Part shown: positions 1 through 8,234 of the stretch, piece by piece
How positions within the stretch are numbered: the first letter of the stretch is position 1
Layout of the letters: the number at the start of each line of letters is the position of its first letter
Made by a program: the position numbers and the translations under genes
Assembly: GCA_900551855.1 (NCBI GenBank)
Contig: URXM01000001.1
Span: 125,804 to 189,803, forward strand
From: an uncultured Eubacteriales bacterium
GTDB taxonomy: Bacteria; Bacillota; Clostridia; Christensenellales; UBA1242
Length of the DNA stretch: 64,000 bases
Reading direction: 5' to 3'
The notes under the pieces: model-generated
Told to the model about the DNA's origin: nothing
Databases searched by the model: none
What the model saw: the letters and a program-made list of their open reading frames with translations, nothing else

Positions 1-1116
1 ACATTTAATACCTTTTTCGCTACACCATATTCAGCATTATGCATTGATATTGCTCCAGACTATAATGATCAGACAAAAATGCAAGGTTTTAAAACTGTTT
101 TTTACATCATGGGGCTGATTATGCCAAGTATTTTGATGTATGTTTTTATGCCGTCTTCTAGCATTGGAGTGCAGGGGCAGTTTAACCGTCAAGGCTATAT
201 AAACATTGCATTTGTAAATTCTGCTTTAGTTTTGATTTGTGGGATAATCACTGTTTTGGGGACGATAAAAAGAGTTCATTCAATGCCAAATTATGCTCAT
301 AGTGTAAATGAAAACAATAAAAATGGAAAAGTTGACACCGAAAGTGAAACAAATAAAGGAAAAAACAAAACGAAACACAGTTTTGCTACAATCCTTGCAG
401 GATATGTTGAGACTTTCAAGAAAAAAGATTTTAGAATTGTTATGCTTGGCTATTCTGTTTCTTTGATTGCAACTGTTTTTATTACTTCGGTCGGTATGCA
501 TCTTTTTACTTTCTGCTATCATTTTTCGAGCACTCAAATTTCTGTGTTGATGATCTGCCTTTTCGGTGGTGCTATTGTTTCGCAAGCATTATGGGTGAAT
601 ATTGTTAAAAAGTATGACAAAAAACAAACTTTAATTTTTGCTCTTTCGGTTATTTTGTTTGGAATCGCTATGACAAGCATCACATTTTTGTTTAGAATTT
701 ATTGCACAAGCGACTATATCTTTTGGTTTGTTTTGCCTTGTATGTTTGTTTGTGGAATTGGTTCTGGGGCATTGTATTCTTTGCCACATTCGATGTATGC
801 AGATGTTGTGACTATGGAGCAATACAAAACAGGCGTAAACAATGCTGGAAGATATACAGGTTATTACACTTTTACTTACAATTTTTCAAATTCGATTGCA
901 CTACTTTTTATTGGGCTTTTGCTTGATTTAGTCAAGTTTGATTCTTCTCAACCTGTTCAGGCATTATCTGTTCAGGCTGGACTTGGGAAAATTGTCTTTC
1001 TTGGCAGTGCTATTTCTTTAACTTTGGCAATTATTATTTTTTCTAAATATAGCATAAAGCGTTCTGATGTTTTGAAAGTTCAAATCAAAGCAAATGAAGA
1101 AAAAGAAGAAAGTTGA
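1..1116 (+). CDS. GPH/MFS-type cation:sugar symporter, C-terminal ~370 aa (5' end outside the window)
   Basis: Frame 1 is open from nt 1 (TFNTFFATPYSALCIDIAPDYNDQTK precedes the first Met at 79), so the gene starts upstream. It has multiple hydrophobic helices. The PYSAL..D..PDYN..T loop is typical of glycoside-pentoside-hexuronide symporters. The central loop is unusually Asn/Lys/Glu-rich (NENNKNGKVDTESETNKGKNKTKH). Confidence 0.7.
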   Translation, partial: TFNTFFATPYSALCIDIAPDYNDQTKMQGFKTVFYIMGLIMPSILMYVFMPSSSIGVQGQFNRQGYINIAFVNSALVLICGIITVLGTIKRVHSMPNYAHSVNENNKNGKVDTESETNKGKNKTKHSFATILAGYVETFKKKDFRIVMLGYSVSLIATVFITSVGMHLFTFCYHFSSTQISVLMICLFGGAIVSQALWVNIVKKYDKKQTLIFALSVILFGIAMTSITFLFRIYCTSDYIFWFVLPCMFVCGIGSGALYSLPHSMYADVVTMEQYKTGVNNAGRYTGYYTFTYNFSNSIALLFIGLLLDLVKFDSSQPVQALSVQAGLGKIVFLGSAISLTLAIIIFSKYSIKRSDVLKVQIKANEEKEES

Positions 1117-1166
1117 CAAGGTTTTATATATAGAATAATTTTCTAAATTTTAAACACAATAAAATT

Positions 1167-1679
1167 ATGAAAAAAATGAGATTTACTGTAGTTTTGTTGT
1201 GTATGCTTTTGCTGTTGCCTTTCATGAGTCTTGGATGTGGAAGCAAAGAACTTGAATCTGCCAGTATTGTTAGAGATGATGCAAGGACTGGCGGAAGTTT
1301 GAGTTTTGTTTATGACAAGAGTCAGAGGATTGTCTATATTGGTGGAGAAGATGAAGTTGTGCAATACAGTGAAGCTGACGAAACGAAAGACCTGTCAGAA
1401 GGTTGCAGAATAGGGCTGAAAATAACAGCGCCAAATGAAAGTTTAGATTTAAGCACAGCAACTTTGGAAATGAACGGAATAAATTATTCGTCAGGCAATT
1501 TTTTGGAAAGAATAAATGGACAAAAGCAAAGATTTTTCAATATTTATCCTATAGTATCCCAAGAAGATGACAATGTAAATTTTTCGATAACTTGGCAAGA
1601 CGGAACAAAAAAACAAGAGTATAAAATTGTTGTTGTAAGTGGAACAAAATTTATGCAAAAAGATGGCAGTATAGAATAA
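1167..1679 (+). CDS. lipoprotein of unknown function
   Basis: Signal peptide MKKMRFTVVLLCMLLLLPFMSLGC ends in a lipobox Cys. A hairpin terminator follows directly. No family recognised. Confidence 0.65.
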   Translation: MKKMRFTVVLLCMLLLLPFMSLGCGSKELESASIVRDDARTGGSLSFVYDKSQRIVYIGGEDEVVQYSEADETKDLSEGCRIGLKITAPNESLDLSTATLEMNGINYSSGNFLERINGQKQRFFNIYPIVSQEDDNVNFSITWQDGTKKQEYKIVVVSGTKFMQKDGSIE

Positions 1680-1725
1680 AAACAAAAAAGACTGAAAATT
1701 TTCAGTCTTTTTTTATCTTTGGCGA
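1662..1725. repeat. direct repeat copy A (CDS 3' end + terminator + TGGCGA)
   Basis: Collinear with 4310-4384. Exact shared blocks are aaaacaaaaaagactga (1679-1695 = 4337-4353), tcagtctttttt (1702-1713 = 4360-4371) and atctttgg (1715-1722 = 4374-4381). Weaker matches gaYggca and tatagaa lie upstream. Confidence 0.7.
1684..1714. terminator. rho-independent terminator (bidirectional shape)
   Basis: Stem aaaaagactga / tcagtcttttt with a 6-7 nt loop, flanked by an A-run and a T-run, 5 nt after the stop of the lipoprotein gene. Confidence 0.8.
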
Positions 1726-1799
1726 AACAAGAACGATCAAAATCGAAACAGATGTTTTAATATTTTTGCTTGCAAAATATACTTAATACTTGTCCAATT

Positions 1800-2042
1800 C
1801 TAACGTATTGTTTTCGCACATAAGTGATATTCAGTATTTATGTATGCCAAAAATACTTTATCTTTTGAATGTGTCAATGAAAACAATTTTGTGCACATTT
1901 CGTCAAAACTTATTCCGGTTTTAATCAAATAAGAAGATTCTGTGAGTCTTTCTGCTTTGATTTCTCTTAAATAATCATACAATTTAGTATAATCATCTGA
2001 ATTTCCGAAATATAAGTCATAAGTCAATAATCTCGTATACAT
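1800..2042 (-). CDS. hypothetical 80-aa protein
   Basis: ORF preceded by AGGAGG (complement of cctcct at 2050-2055). Diverse amino-acid composition with an alternating beta-alpha-beta pattern (RLLTYDL / DYTKLYDYLREIKA / ERLTESSYLIKT). No family recognised. Confidence 0.45.
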   Translation of the reverse strand: MYTRLLTYDLYFGNSDDYTKLYDYLREIKAERLTESSYLIKTGISFDEMCTKLFSLTHSKDKVFLAYINTEYHLCAKTIR

Positions 2043-2071
2043 TTATTTTCCTCCTTTGATAATATTTCAAG

Positions 2072-2100
2072 TTGACTATTAAGTTTTGCTTTGTTATAAT
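2072..2100 (+). promoter_or_regulatory. sigma-70-type promoter
   Basis: TTGACT (2072-2077), 17-nt spacer, TATAAT (2095-2100), upstream of the 2210 ORF. Confidence 0.5.
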
Positions 2101-2209
2101 AACATCAACTTTGAAGTAATAATAATTCGACTTTATTGTTAATAATAGGGTGTAAATATGCACTAATGCAACATATTGTTCAAAAAAGGAGAAATATTTT
2201 AAAACAAAA

Positions 2210-2647
2210 ATGGAAACTTTTAAAACTAAATCAGGGAAAATCGGAAGACTTTCTAATAGAGGTGATTATGTCGTTTATCAAACAATAGAAGAATTTAAAA
2301 GGGATAAAGAAATGTACAACAGAACAAAACCTTTACCAATCAATAACATATCTGAAAAGTTTTGTAAAGAGTTTATAAAATATAATTTTAGTATACAACT
2401 GAAGAAAGTTTTAAAATACATAGAACCCAACTACAATTATGGGTGGATTGAAACACTAACAGGAATAGAGCATTCCTGCATTGTTCGAACGCTAAACGGC
2501 CAAATAGTTCCTTCAGTTGAAAATTTTTATAAATTTTTATATTTAATTTATTCATATTTACCAGATTTCAATATCTGGTTTTTGCTTGATAAAAAAGCTT
2601 CAATGCAAAATAAAACTTCAAAAACAGAACCTCCGTTTATGCATTAA
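2210..2647 (+). CDS. hypothetical protein with a possible XRE-like helix-turn-helix
   Basis: 145-aa ORF. The segment IETLTGIEHSCIVRTLNGQIVPSVENFYKFLYLI resembles an XRE-type HTH. The GGAG at 2188-2191 lies 18 nt from the ATG, so the start is uncertain. Confidence 0.45.
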   Translation: METFKTKSGKIGRLSNRGDYVVYQTIEEFKRDKEMYNRTKPLPINNISEKFCKEFIKYNFSIQLKKVLKYIEPNYNYGWIETLTGIEHSCIVRTLNGQIVPSVENFYKFLYLIYSYLPDFNIWFLLDKKASMQNKTSKTEPPFMH

Positions 2648-2925
2648 GCAATTGATTTTTATATAAATATTTGCTCATATTTTTAATATTGACCATTATT
2701 ATATTTGAAAACGTTCTTTTAATTTAAATTATTGCCATTATTCGTTTTTTTTGAAATAATATTTTTAATTTATTAAATATAAATTGTTATTCTTTGAAAT
2801 TTGATGATATCTCTTAAAAAAGATTTCAATTTTTTATCATTCTCACTTTCAGATAATGGCACAACTTCAGCGTGAGGTGTTATACTGTGCGTTTACTAAA
2901 CTAAAAACAAGGTTCGATTTTTATA

Positions 2926-3780
2926 TTAATAATTATAATGAATTTGAATACTATCATTATCTAAATTTATTTCTAATAAATTAGTAGAAACATAATTTTG
3001 CCAATCTTGCTCACTGCCTGAATAATATATATTTTTTAAACGATTGTATTTAAATTTATATCCTGTGAAATATAAATTATATTTTTTATCTGGAAGGTAA
3101 ATATTATAGTAACCAGTTGTCGCTAAAGGAAGATCGCAGTCCAAACTACCATCTTTTATTTCTGTCGTAGAAGAGTATATTGTAATATTGTCAAATCCTG
3201 TATTATAAAAATCATAACTTTCTATCTTTTTCATGTTTTTCCCTAAAATAATATTACCAATTTTAGAATTTTGAAAAACATGTCCGCCAGTATTTATTAA
3301 AGAATTAGGTAATTTTATATTAAGTTTTTTATTTGATGTAACTGCACACATATTAAATGCACGAGAACCTATATATTCTAATCCTTCATTAAAATTGATT
3401 TCAGACAATTTATTGCAATTTTGAAAGGCAGAACTTTCTATTCGTTTTAGTGATTTTGGAAATGTTATTTTTTCTAAATTTATACAACCATCAAAAGCAT
3501 AACTTTCAATAACTTCTAAACAACTATTTTCTTCAAATATTATTTCTTTTACACTGCTATAAGCAAATGCATAAGAGCAAATAGTTTTAATATTTTTTGA
3601 AATAGTAAAAGTTGTTAATGTTTTATTGTTTTCGTATTGATGTGGATTAATTTGGTTAGAGGAACAACCTTGCATAAATAAAGGACTAATTAAAGCTATA
3701 GCCATCATCAATATTATAAAAAATAATTTTGTTATCTTGATAAAATTTATTTTATATTTATTTATGTTTATCGTTCTCAT
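2926..3780 (-). CDS. BspA-type leucine-rich-repeat surface lipoprotein
   Basis: Lipobox PLFMQGC. Repeated ~23-aa units of the form I.ESYAF.GC.NL..I.FP.SL..I (e.g. SAFQNCNKLSEINFNEGLEYIGSRAFNMC) are typical of BspA-like LRR proteins. Confidence 0.8.
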   Translation of the reverse strand: MRTININKYKINFIKITKLFFIILMMAIALISPLFMQGCSSNQINPHQYENNKTLTTFTISKNIKTICSYAFAYSSVKEIIFEENSCLEVIESYAFDGCINLEKITFPKSLKRIESSAFQNCNKLSEINFNEGLEYIGSRAFNMCAVTSNKKLNIKLPNSLINTGGHVFQNSKIGNIILGKNMKKIESYDFYNTGFDNITIYSSTTEIKDGSLDCDLPLATTGYYNIYLPDKKYNLYFTGYKFKYNRLKNIYYSGSEQDWQNYVSTNLLEINLDNDSIQIHYNY

Positions 3781-4192
3781 AAAAATATTGTAGCATATTC
3801 ATAAAAAAAATAAAACTATTTAAAAAATAATTTAGTATTTAGTTGTGTGCTTAGCATAGACAAGTAGTGTCGTTTTTCTCCACCATACAAGCAAACGCCA
3901 ATTTAACAAAACTGAACAAAAGAAATCTCACAAAAGAGTGTAGAAAATGGGGTTTGCACGCGAGATATCTGCAAAAACTCATTTTTTTATTTCCTACGTG
4001 ATTTTGTCTTACTTTGAGTAATGTTTTGGAGGAATACGGCAAAATATAGGTTTGTTTACAAATTGTTTGGGTGAGTTTCTACAGATTTTATTCCTTCACA
4101 TTTTTGTTGTTTCGTGCTAGTCTATTGCTGCAAGAACTTGTTGTATGTAAAATATTAAATTCTTGTAAGACAAATTAAATAAGACACGCAAA

Positions 4193-4333
4193 ATGGTAAT
4201 CTCGATATTTAGTAAATATGCTCGAGATGATATAGAGGATTTTAAAAAGAATAAAGATAGATACACTTTGGAAAAAGATAAAGATGGGACTCAAAGACTT
4301 GTTGCGATTGACGGCAAGCCTATAGAAATTTAA
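4193..4333 (+). CDS. possible 46-aa ORF or relic of a gene 3' end
   Basis: ATG..TAA ORF below the track cutoff (MVISIFSKYARDDIEDFKKNKDRYTLEKDKDGTQRLVAIDGKPIEI). It has no Shine-Dalgarno sequence. Its last ~25 nt and the following terminator belong to direct repeat copy B. Confidence 0.2.
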   Translation: MVISIFSKYARDDIEDFKKNKDRYTLEKDKDGTQRLVAIDGKPIEI

Positions 4334-4384
4334 TATAAAACAAAAAAGACTGATTTTTATCAGTCTTTTTTCAATCTTTGGTGA
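4310..4384. repeat. direct repeat copy B (ORF 3' end + terminator + last 6 nt of tRNA-Glu)
   Basis: See copy A. This copy runs into the CCA end of the tRNA (tggtga at 4379-4384, versus tggcga at 1720-1725 in copy A). Confidence 0.7.
4343..4372. terminator. rho-independent terminator (serves tRNA-Glu on the minus strand and the small ORF on the plus strand)
   Basis: Stem aaaaagactga / tcagtcttttt flanked by A- and T-runs, immediately 3' of the tRNA. Confidence 0.8.
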
Positions 4385-4453
4385 CCCCGACGGGATTCGA
4401 ACCCATGATACCGCCGTGAAAGGGCGGTGTCTTAACCGCTTGACCACGGGGCC
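4379..4453 (-). tRNA. tRNA-Glu (anticodon UUC)
   Basis: The reverse complement GGCCCCGTGGTCAAGCGGTTAAGACACCGCCCTTTCACGGCGGTATCATGGGTTCGAATCCCGTCGGGGTCACCA folds as a cloverleaf. The anticodon stem is CCGCC/GGCGG and the loop CUUUCAC gives UUC. The T-arm is GGTTCGAATCC and the CCA is encoded. It is very close to Bacillus-type tRNA-Glu. Confidence 0.95.
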
Positions 4454-4479
4454 AAAAATATACAACTCAATGCTTTGTA

Positions 4480-4509
4480 AGTATAATATAATTTATCAAT
4501 GTGTGTCAA
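4480..4509 (-). promoter_or_regulatory. promoter of tRNA-Glu
   Basis: On the minus strand: TTGACA (4509-4504), 18-nt spacer, TATACT (4485-4480), about 25 nt upstream of the mature 5' end. Confidence 0.45.
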
Positions 4510-4651
4510 GTGTTTTTTTAGAAAAAATATAAATTTTTGTTTTGCTGAAAGTTTATGTGTGCTTTAACTTATTAAAATCATATTATTTCAACAATTGACT
4601 TTGAATTTGTAAAAGTGTTAATCTATAAAAAACATTGGAGTTGCAATACAA

Positions 4652-5419
4652 ATGAAACAAAAATTTAAAGACAAAATGAAAGATTTAGGTAAGAAGTTTG
4701 CAAAGTGGTGTAATGATTTGTTGTTTCCAGAAAATTACAAATGCATATTTTGTGGAACTGATATTCCAGACTTTGAAAACAAACCATATTGCAACGAATG
4801 TGAAAAAGTTTTGCCTTTCAACAACAAAAACAAGTGTATAATTTGTGATGAACCTATTGACAATGAGGCTACTGTTTGTGATTCTTGTCAAAAACATAAA
4901 AGATATTTCAAAAAGGCATTTTGTCCTTTTGTTTATGAAGGTATTGTTCGCAGTGCAATACTTGGTTATAAAGATGACAACCAAAGATATAAAGCAAAGA
5001 CTTTTGCAAAATTTATTTCCAAAGAGATTGAAAGTAGTGATGTGAAAATTGATATGATTACTTACATTCCGTTGACGCCTAAAAAAGAAAGGAAGAGAGG
5101 TTTCAATCAAGCAAAACTACTTGCTGATGAAATAGGAAAGATTTTAAATGTTGAAGTTGTTTCTGTTTTCAACAAAGAGAGAGATGACAAAGAACAGAAA
5201 TTTTCTTCTTATCGTGAAAGACAAGAGAAAATGAAAGGGTTGTATTCTTTGAAGTCTGTTGCTTTTAAGAAAGAACAAAACGTGCTTATAGTGGATGATA
5301 TAATCACAACTTGTGCAACGGTAAATTATTGTGCAGAACTCATTTCAAAGAAAGTTAAAAATGTTTATGTTTGTGCAATTGCAAGGAACAAACTAAACAA
5401 TAAAAAAGGTGCCAAATAG
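4652..5419 (+). CDS. comFC: ComF family protein (ComFC-like phosphoribosyltransferase-fold protein)
   Basis: N-terminal Cys clusters (CIFCGT..CNEC, CIICDE..CDSC) and the C-terminal PRPP-type motif VLIVDDIITTCATV, with the length typical of ComFC. Confidence 0.85.
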   Translation: MKQKFKDKMKDLGKKFAKWCNDLLFPENYKCIFCGTDIPDFENKPYCNECEKVLPFNNKNKCIICDEPIDNEATVCDSCQKHKRYFKKAFCPFVYEGIVRSAILGYKDDNQRYKAKTFAKFISKEIESSDVKIDMITYIPLTPKKERKRGFNQAKLLADEIGKILNVEVVSVFNKERDDKEQKFSSYRERQEKMKGLYSLKSVAFKKEQNVLIVDDIITTCATVNYCAELISKKVKNVYVCAIARNKLNNKKGAK

Positions 5420-5423
5420 ACAC

Positions 5424-7652
5424 CTAAAACATTTTCTTTATTTTTTCATTTGCCAAGATAAGCAATCTTTTCAAGAGCGTGAATCTTGTTGCTGTGTATT
5501 TGTTTGAAACCATACGCTTTAGATATTGTTTTTCACCAACAATAACAACCATTTTCTTTGCTCTTGTGACAGCTGTGTAAATCAAGTTTCTTGTAAGGAT
5601 TATGCTTGGCCCAGCAATTGCAGGGATAACAATCGTGTCAAATTCAGAACCTTGGCTTTTGTGAATTGTTATGGCGTAAGAAAGTGACAAGTCAATCAAG
5701 TCTGGTCTTGTGTAAAGACAAATTCTTCCGTCTTCAAATTCAACAATCACTTCGCTTGTGTTTGGATCAATTGTGGAGATGAAGCCAATATCACCATTGA
5801 AAACACCTTTTCCTGTTTCATCTGCAAAACGGCCGTGTTTTTTCCATTCAAGGTCGTAGTTGTTGCTCATTTGCATAATTTTGTCGCCTTCTCTGAAAAT
5901 TGTATGCCCAAATTCTACTTGTCTTTTGTTTGATGAAGGAGGATTTATACGCTCTTGAAGAACTTTGTTTAAATTTTCAATTCCACACACGCCAGCTTTT
6001 AAAGGAGCAAGCACTTGAATGGTTTGTGGGTCAACACCCAAAAATTTTGGAAGGCGAGAGGTCACCAAGTCCAAAATTGTGTCTTTAATCACTTCAGGAT
6101 CGTTTTTGCTGTCAAAGAAGAAATCCATGCTTGTGTTGTCGATCAAAGGCATTTTCCCTTCATTGATAAGGTGTGCGTTTGTGATGATCAAACTTTTTTC
6201 ATTTTGTCTAAAAATTTTGGTCAACATGCAATATGAAATAACTCCACTTTGCAAAATGTCTGCCAAAACATTTCCAGCACCAACACTTGGCAACTGGTCT
6301 TTATCACCAACCAAAATCAATTTGCAATCTCTTGGCATAGCTTTGAGGAGAGAACTCATAAGTGCTGCATCGACCATTGAAACTTCATCAACGATTACAG
6401 CATTTGTCTTTAATGGATTTGATTCGTTGTGAACAAAATAACTTTCGTTTGATTGAATAACATTGACTTCCAAAAGTCTGTGAATTGTTTTTGCTTCGTG
6501 ACCAGTGCTGTCACTCATTCTTTTTGCTGCACGGCCTGTTGGGGCGACAAGCGAAACGGTTTTTTGTTGAGAAGTTAAGATTTCCAAAATGCATTTTATA
6601 ATTGTCGTCTTTCCAGTTCCTGGGCCACCAGTAATTACAAAAACACCGTTGTTTATTGCTCCAATAATTGCTTTCTTTTGTTCTTCATGAAAAGTGATGT
6701 GATTTCTTTGTTCGAAATTTGCAATTTCTTCATTTACATTAAACTCTTCTTCATTTTGACAATTTGCCAGCCATACCAATTTTTGTGCAATAGAGTTTTC
6801 GTAATAATAATATTTTGAAAGCATAACAATCTCTGTGTTGTCGACCCAAGTTGTTACCGCTGTCCTGTCTAGGCACAAAGAATCAAATGCTTCGGTAAAC
6901 TTTGCTTCTTGTTCTTGCAAAGAAAGTTCCAAGGCGTCAGCAGCCTGTTCCAACAACATATTTTTTGGCAAATATGTGTTTCCATTTTTTTCGCAAGATG
7001 TTTTCAAAACATAAATCAGTCCTGCTCTTAAACGGAACAGAGAGTCTTTTGGAAGTCCTGCATTTTGAGCAATTTTGTCGGCTGTTGCAAAGCCAATGCC
7101 GTCAATGTCTTCGACAAGTTTGTAAGGATTGTTTTTTACGATGTCAGTTGTTTTTTCGTGATAGACATTGTAAATTTTCAATGCCATGTTTGTTGTTATG
7201 TTGAAGTTTTGCAAAAACATAATTGTGTTTTGCACTTCTCTATGTTCTTTGAAAGAAAAACCAATTTCTGTCGCTTTTTTAGCGCTTATGCCAGAAACTT
7301 CTGACAGCTTTTGAGGGGTATATTCCAACACATCCAAGGTGTCCTTGCCGAAATGTTCAACAATTTTTTTTGCAGTAATTGGTCCAACACCTCTTATAAG
7401 TCCACTGCCTAAATATTTTTCTATGCCAGACAAAGATTTTGGCATAGAAATTTCATAGGAATCGAATCTGTATTGAATTCCATATTTTGTCTTTTCATAT
7501 TTTCCGTCAAGAGTCACAAGAGAACCCACTTGAACATCAATAAATTTGCCTACGACAGTGACAATAGAATCATCTTTTTCTAGTCTTGCCACTGTGTAGC
7601 CATTTTCATCATTTCTATATACTATATCTTCAATTGTACCAGTTAATGCCAT
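5424..7652 (-). CDS. recD2: RecD2-type SF1B ATP-dependent DNA helicase
   Basis: Characteristic N-terminus TGTIEDIVYRNDENGYTVARLE, HhH region, Walker A ITGGPGTGKTT, Walker B VIVDEVSMVD, LILVGDKDQLPSVGAG, and C-terminal YAITIHKSQGSEF. Confidence 0.9.
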   Translation of the reverse strand: MALTGTIEDIVYRNDENGYTVARLEKDDSIVTVVGKFIDVQVGSLVTLDGKYEKTKYGIQYRFDSYEISMPKSLSGIEKYLGSGLIRGVGPITAKKIVEHFGKDTLDVLEYTPQKLSEVSGISAKKATEIGFSFKEHREVQNTIMFLQNFNITTNMALKIYNVYHEKTTDIVKNNPYKLVEDIDGIGFATADKIAQNAGLPKDSLFRLRAGLIYVLKTSCEKNGNTYLPKNMLLEQAADALELSLQEQEAKFTEAFDSLCLDRTAVTTWVDNTEIVMLSKYYYYENSIAQKLVWLANCQNEEEFNVNEEIANFEQRNHITFHEEQKKAIIGAINNGVFVITGGPGTGKTTIIKCILEILTSQQKTVSLVAPTGRAAKRMSDSTGHEAKTIHRLLEVNVIQSNESYFVHNESNPLKTNAVIVDEVSMVDAALMSSLLKAMPRDCKLILVGDKDQLPSVGAGNVLADILQSGVISYCMLTKIFRQNEKSLIITNAHLINEGKMPLIDNTSMDFFFDSKNDPEVIKDTILDLVTSRLPKFLGVDPQTIQVLAPLKAGVCGIENLNKVLQERINPPSSNKRQVEFGHTIFREGDKIMQMSNNYDLEWKKHGRFADETGKGVFNGDIGFISTIDPNTSEVIVEFEDGRICLYTRPDLIDLSLSYAITIHKSQGSEFDTIVIPAIAGPSIILTRNLIYTAVTRAKKMVVIVGEKQYLKRMVSNKYTATRFTLLKRLLILANEKIKKMF

Positions 7653-7797
7653 ATACCTATTTTAAAGTTTTTTTCATTTAAAAGCAAGCAATAATAAGTG
7701 AATGTTGCTTTGACTTGGAGTTTATCTTTGGGGACTATTTCAAAAAGGTTTGATTTTGATATTTTCATAACTTTTTGTTTTATATTTAGCAATTTGG

Positions 7798-7826
7798 TTG
7801 CAAATTTTGGAGCATTTTTATATAAT
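7798..7826 (+). promoter_or_regulatory. promoter of the marR-cysS unit (near-leaderless)
   Basis: TTGCAA (7798-7803), 17-nt spacer, TATAAT (7821-7826). The ATG at 7835 begins 9 nt after the -10 element and has no SD sequence. Confidence 0.5.
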
Positions 7827-7834
7827 ATATTTGT

Positions 7835-8218
7835 ATGAAAAATGTTGACAAGATAATTGAAATTGAAGCTTTAACAGAAAATCTTACAAAACACTTTGCA
7901 AAAAACAATTTGCTTCGCATTAAGGTTTTGTATTTTATTTCCCAATACGAAAATTTATCTGTCAGTATGATTATTGACAAACTTGGCTTGAAAAAATCCA
8001 ATTTTGCATTGATGACAAAATCCCTTGAAGAGGAAGGATTGGTTGTTTCCAAACAGGGAGAGATTGACAAACGATGTCGTATGATGTTTTTGACTGAAAA
8101 AGGCAAAACAGAACTTGCCAATTTTATTCAATCTCTTGATGAGTTTTTCGGAGAGCAGAACTCTGAAGTTGAACATGCTCTCGAAACACTTTCTATATAT
8201 CTTAACAAAAAGATATAA
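7835..8218 (+). CDS. MarR-family winged-helix transcriptional regulator
   Basis: 127 aa. The wHTH core (SVSMIIDKLGLKKSNFALMTKSLEEEGLVVSKQGEIDKRCRMMFLTEKG) matches the MarR pattern. Confidence 0.7.
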   Translation: MKNVDKIIEIEALTENLTKHFAKNNLLRIKVLYFISQYENLSVSMIIDKLGLKKSNFALMTKSLEEEGLVVSKQGEIDKRCRMMFLTEKGKTELANFIQSLDEFFGEQNSEVEHALETLSIYLNKKI

Positions 8219-8234
8219 TTTGTTTGGAGGAAAT

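Noticed and set aside
1800-2042. Calling the 80-aa protein Cas2- or VapD-like
   Set aside because: Only a generic beta-alpha-beta pattern supports it. There are no catalytic-residue or sequence motifs I can verify, and no CRISPR array or cas genes in the window.
4175-4465. 96-aa minus-strand ORF
   Set aside because: It reads straight through tRNA-Glu and its terminator, so it is an artefact.
8115-8234. Upstream extension of the cysS ORF (track start 8115)
   Set aside because: It overlaps the marR coding region in another frame. The CysRS homology begins at MVKFYNSLTRRKEE (ATG 8235), which has a GGAGG RBS.
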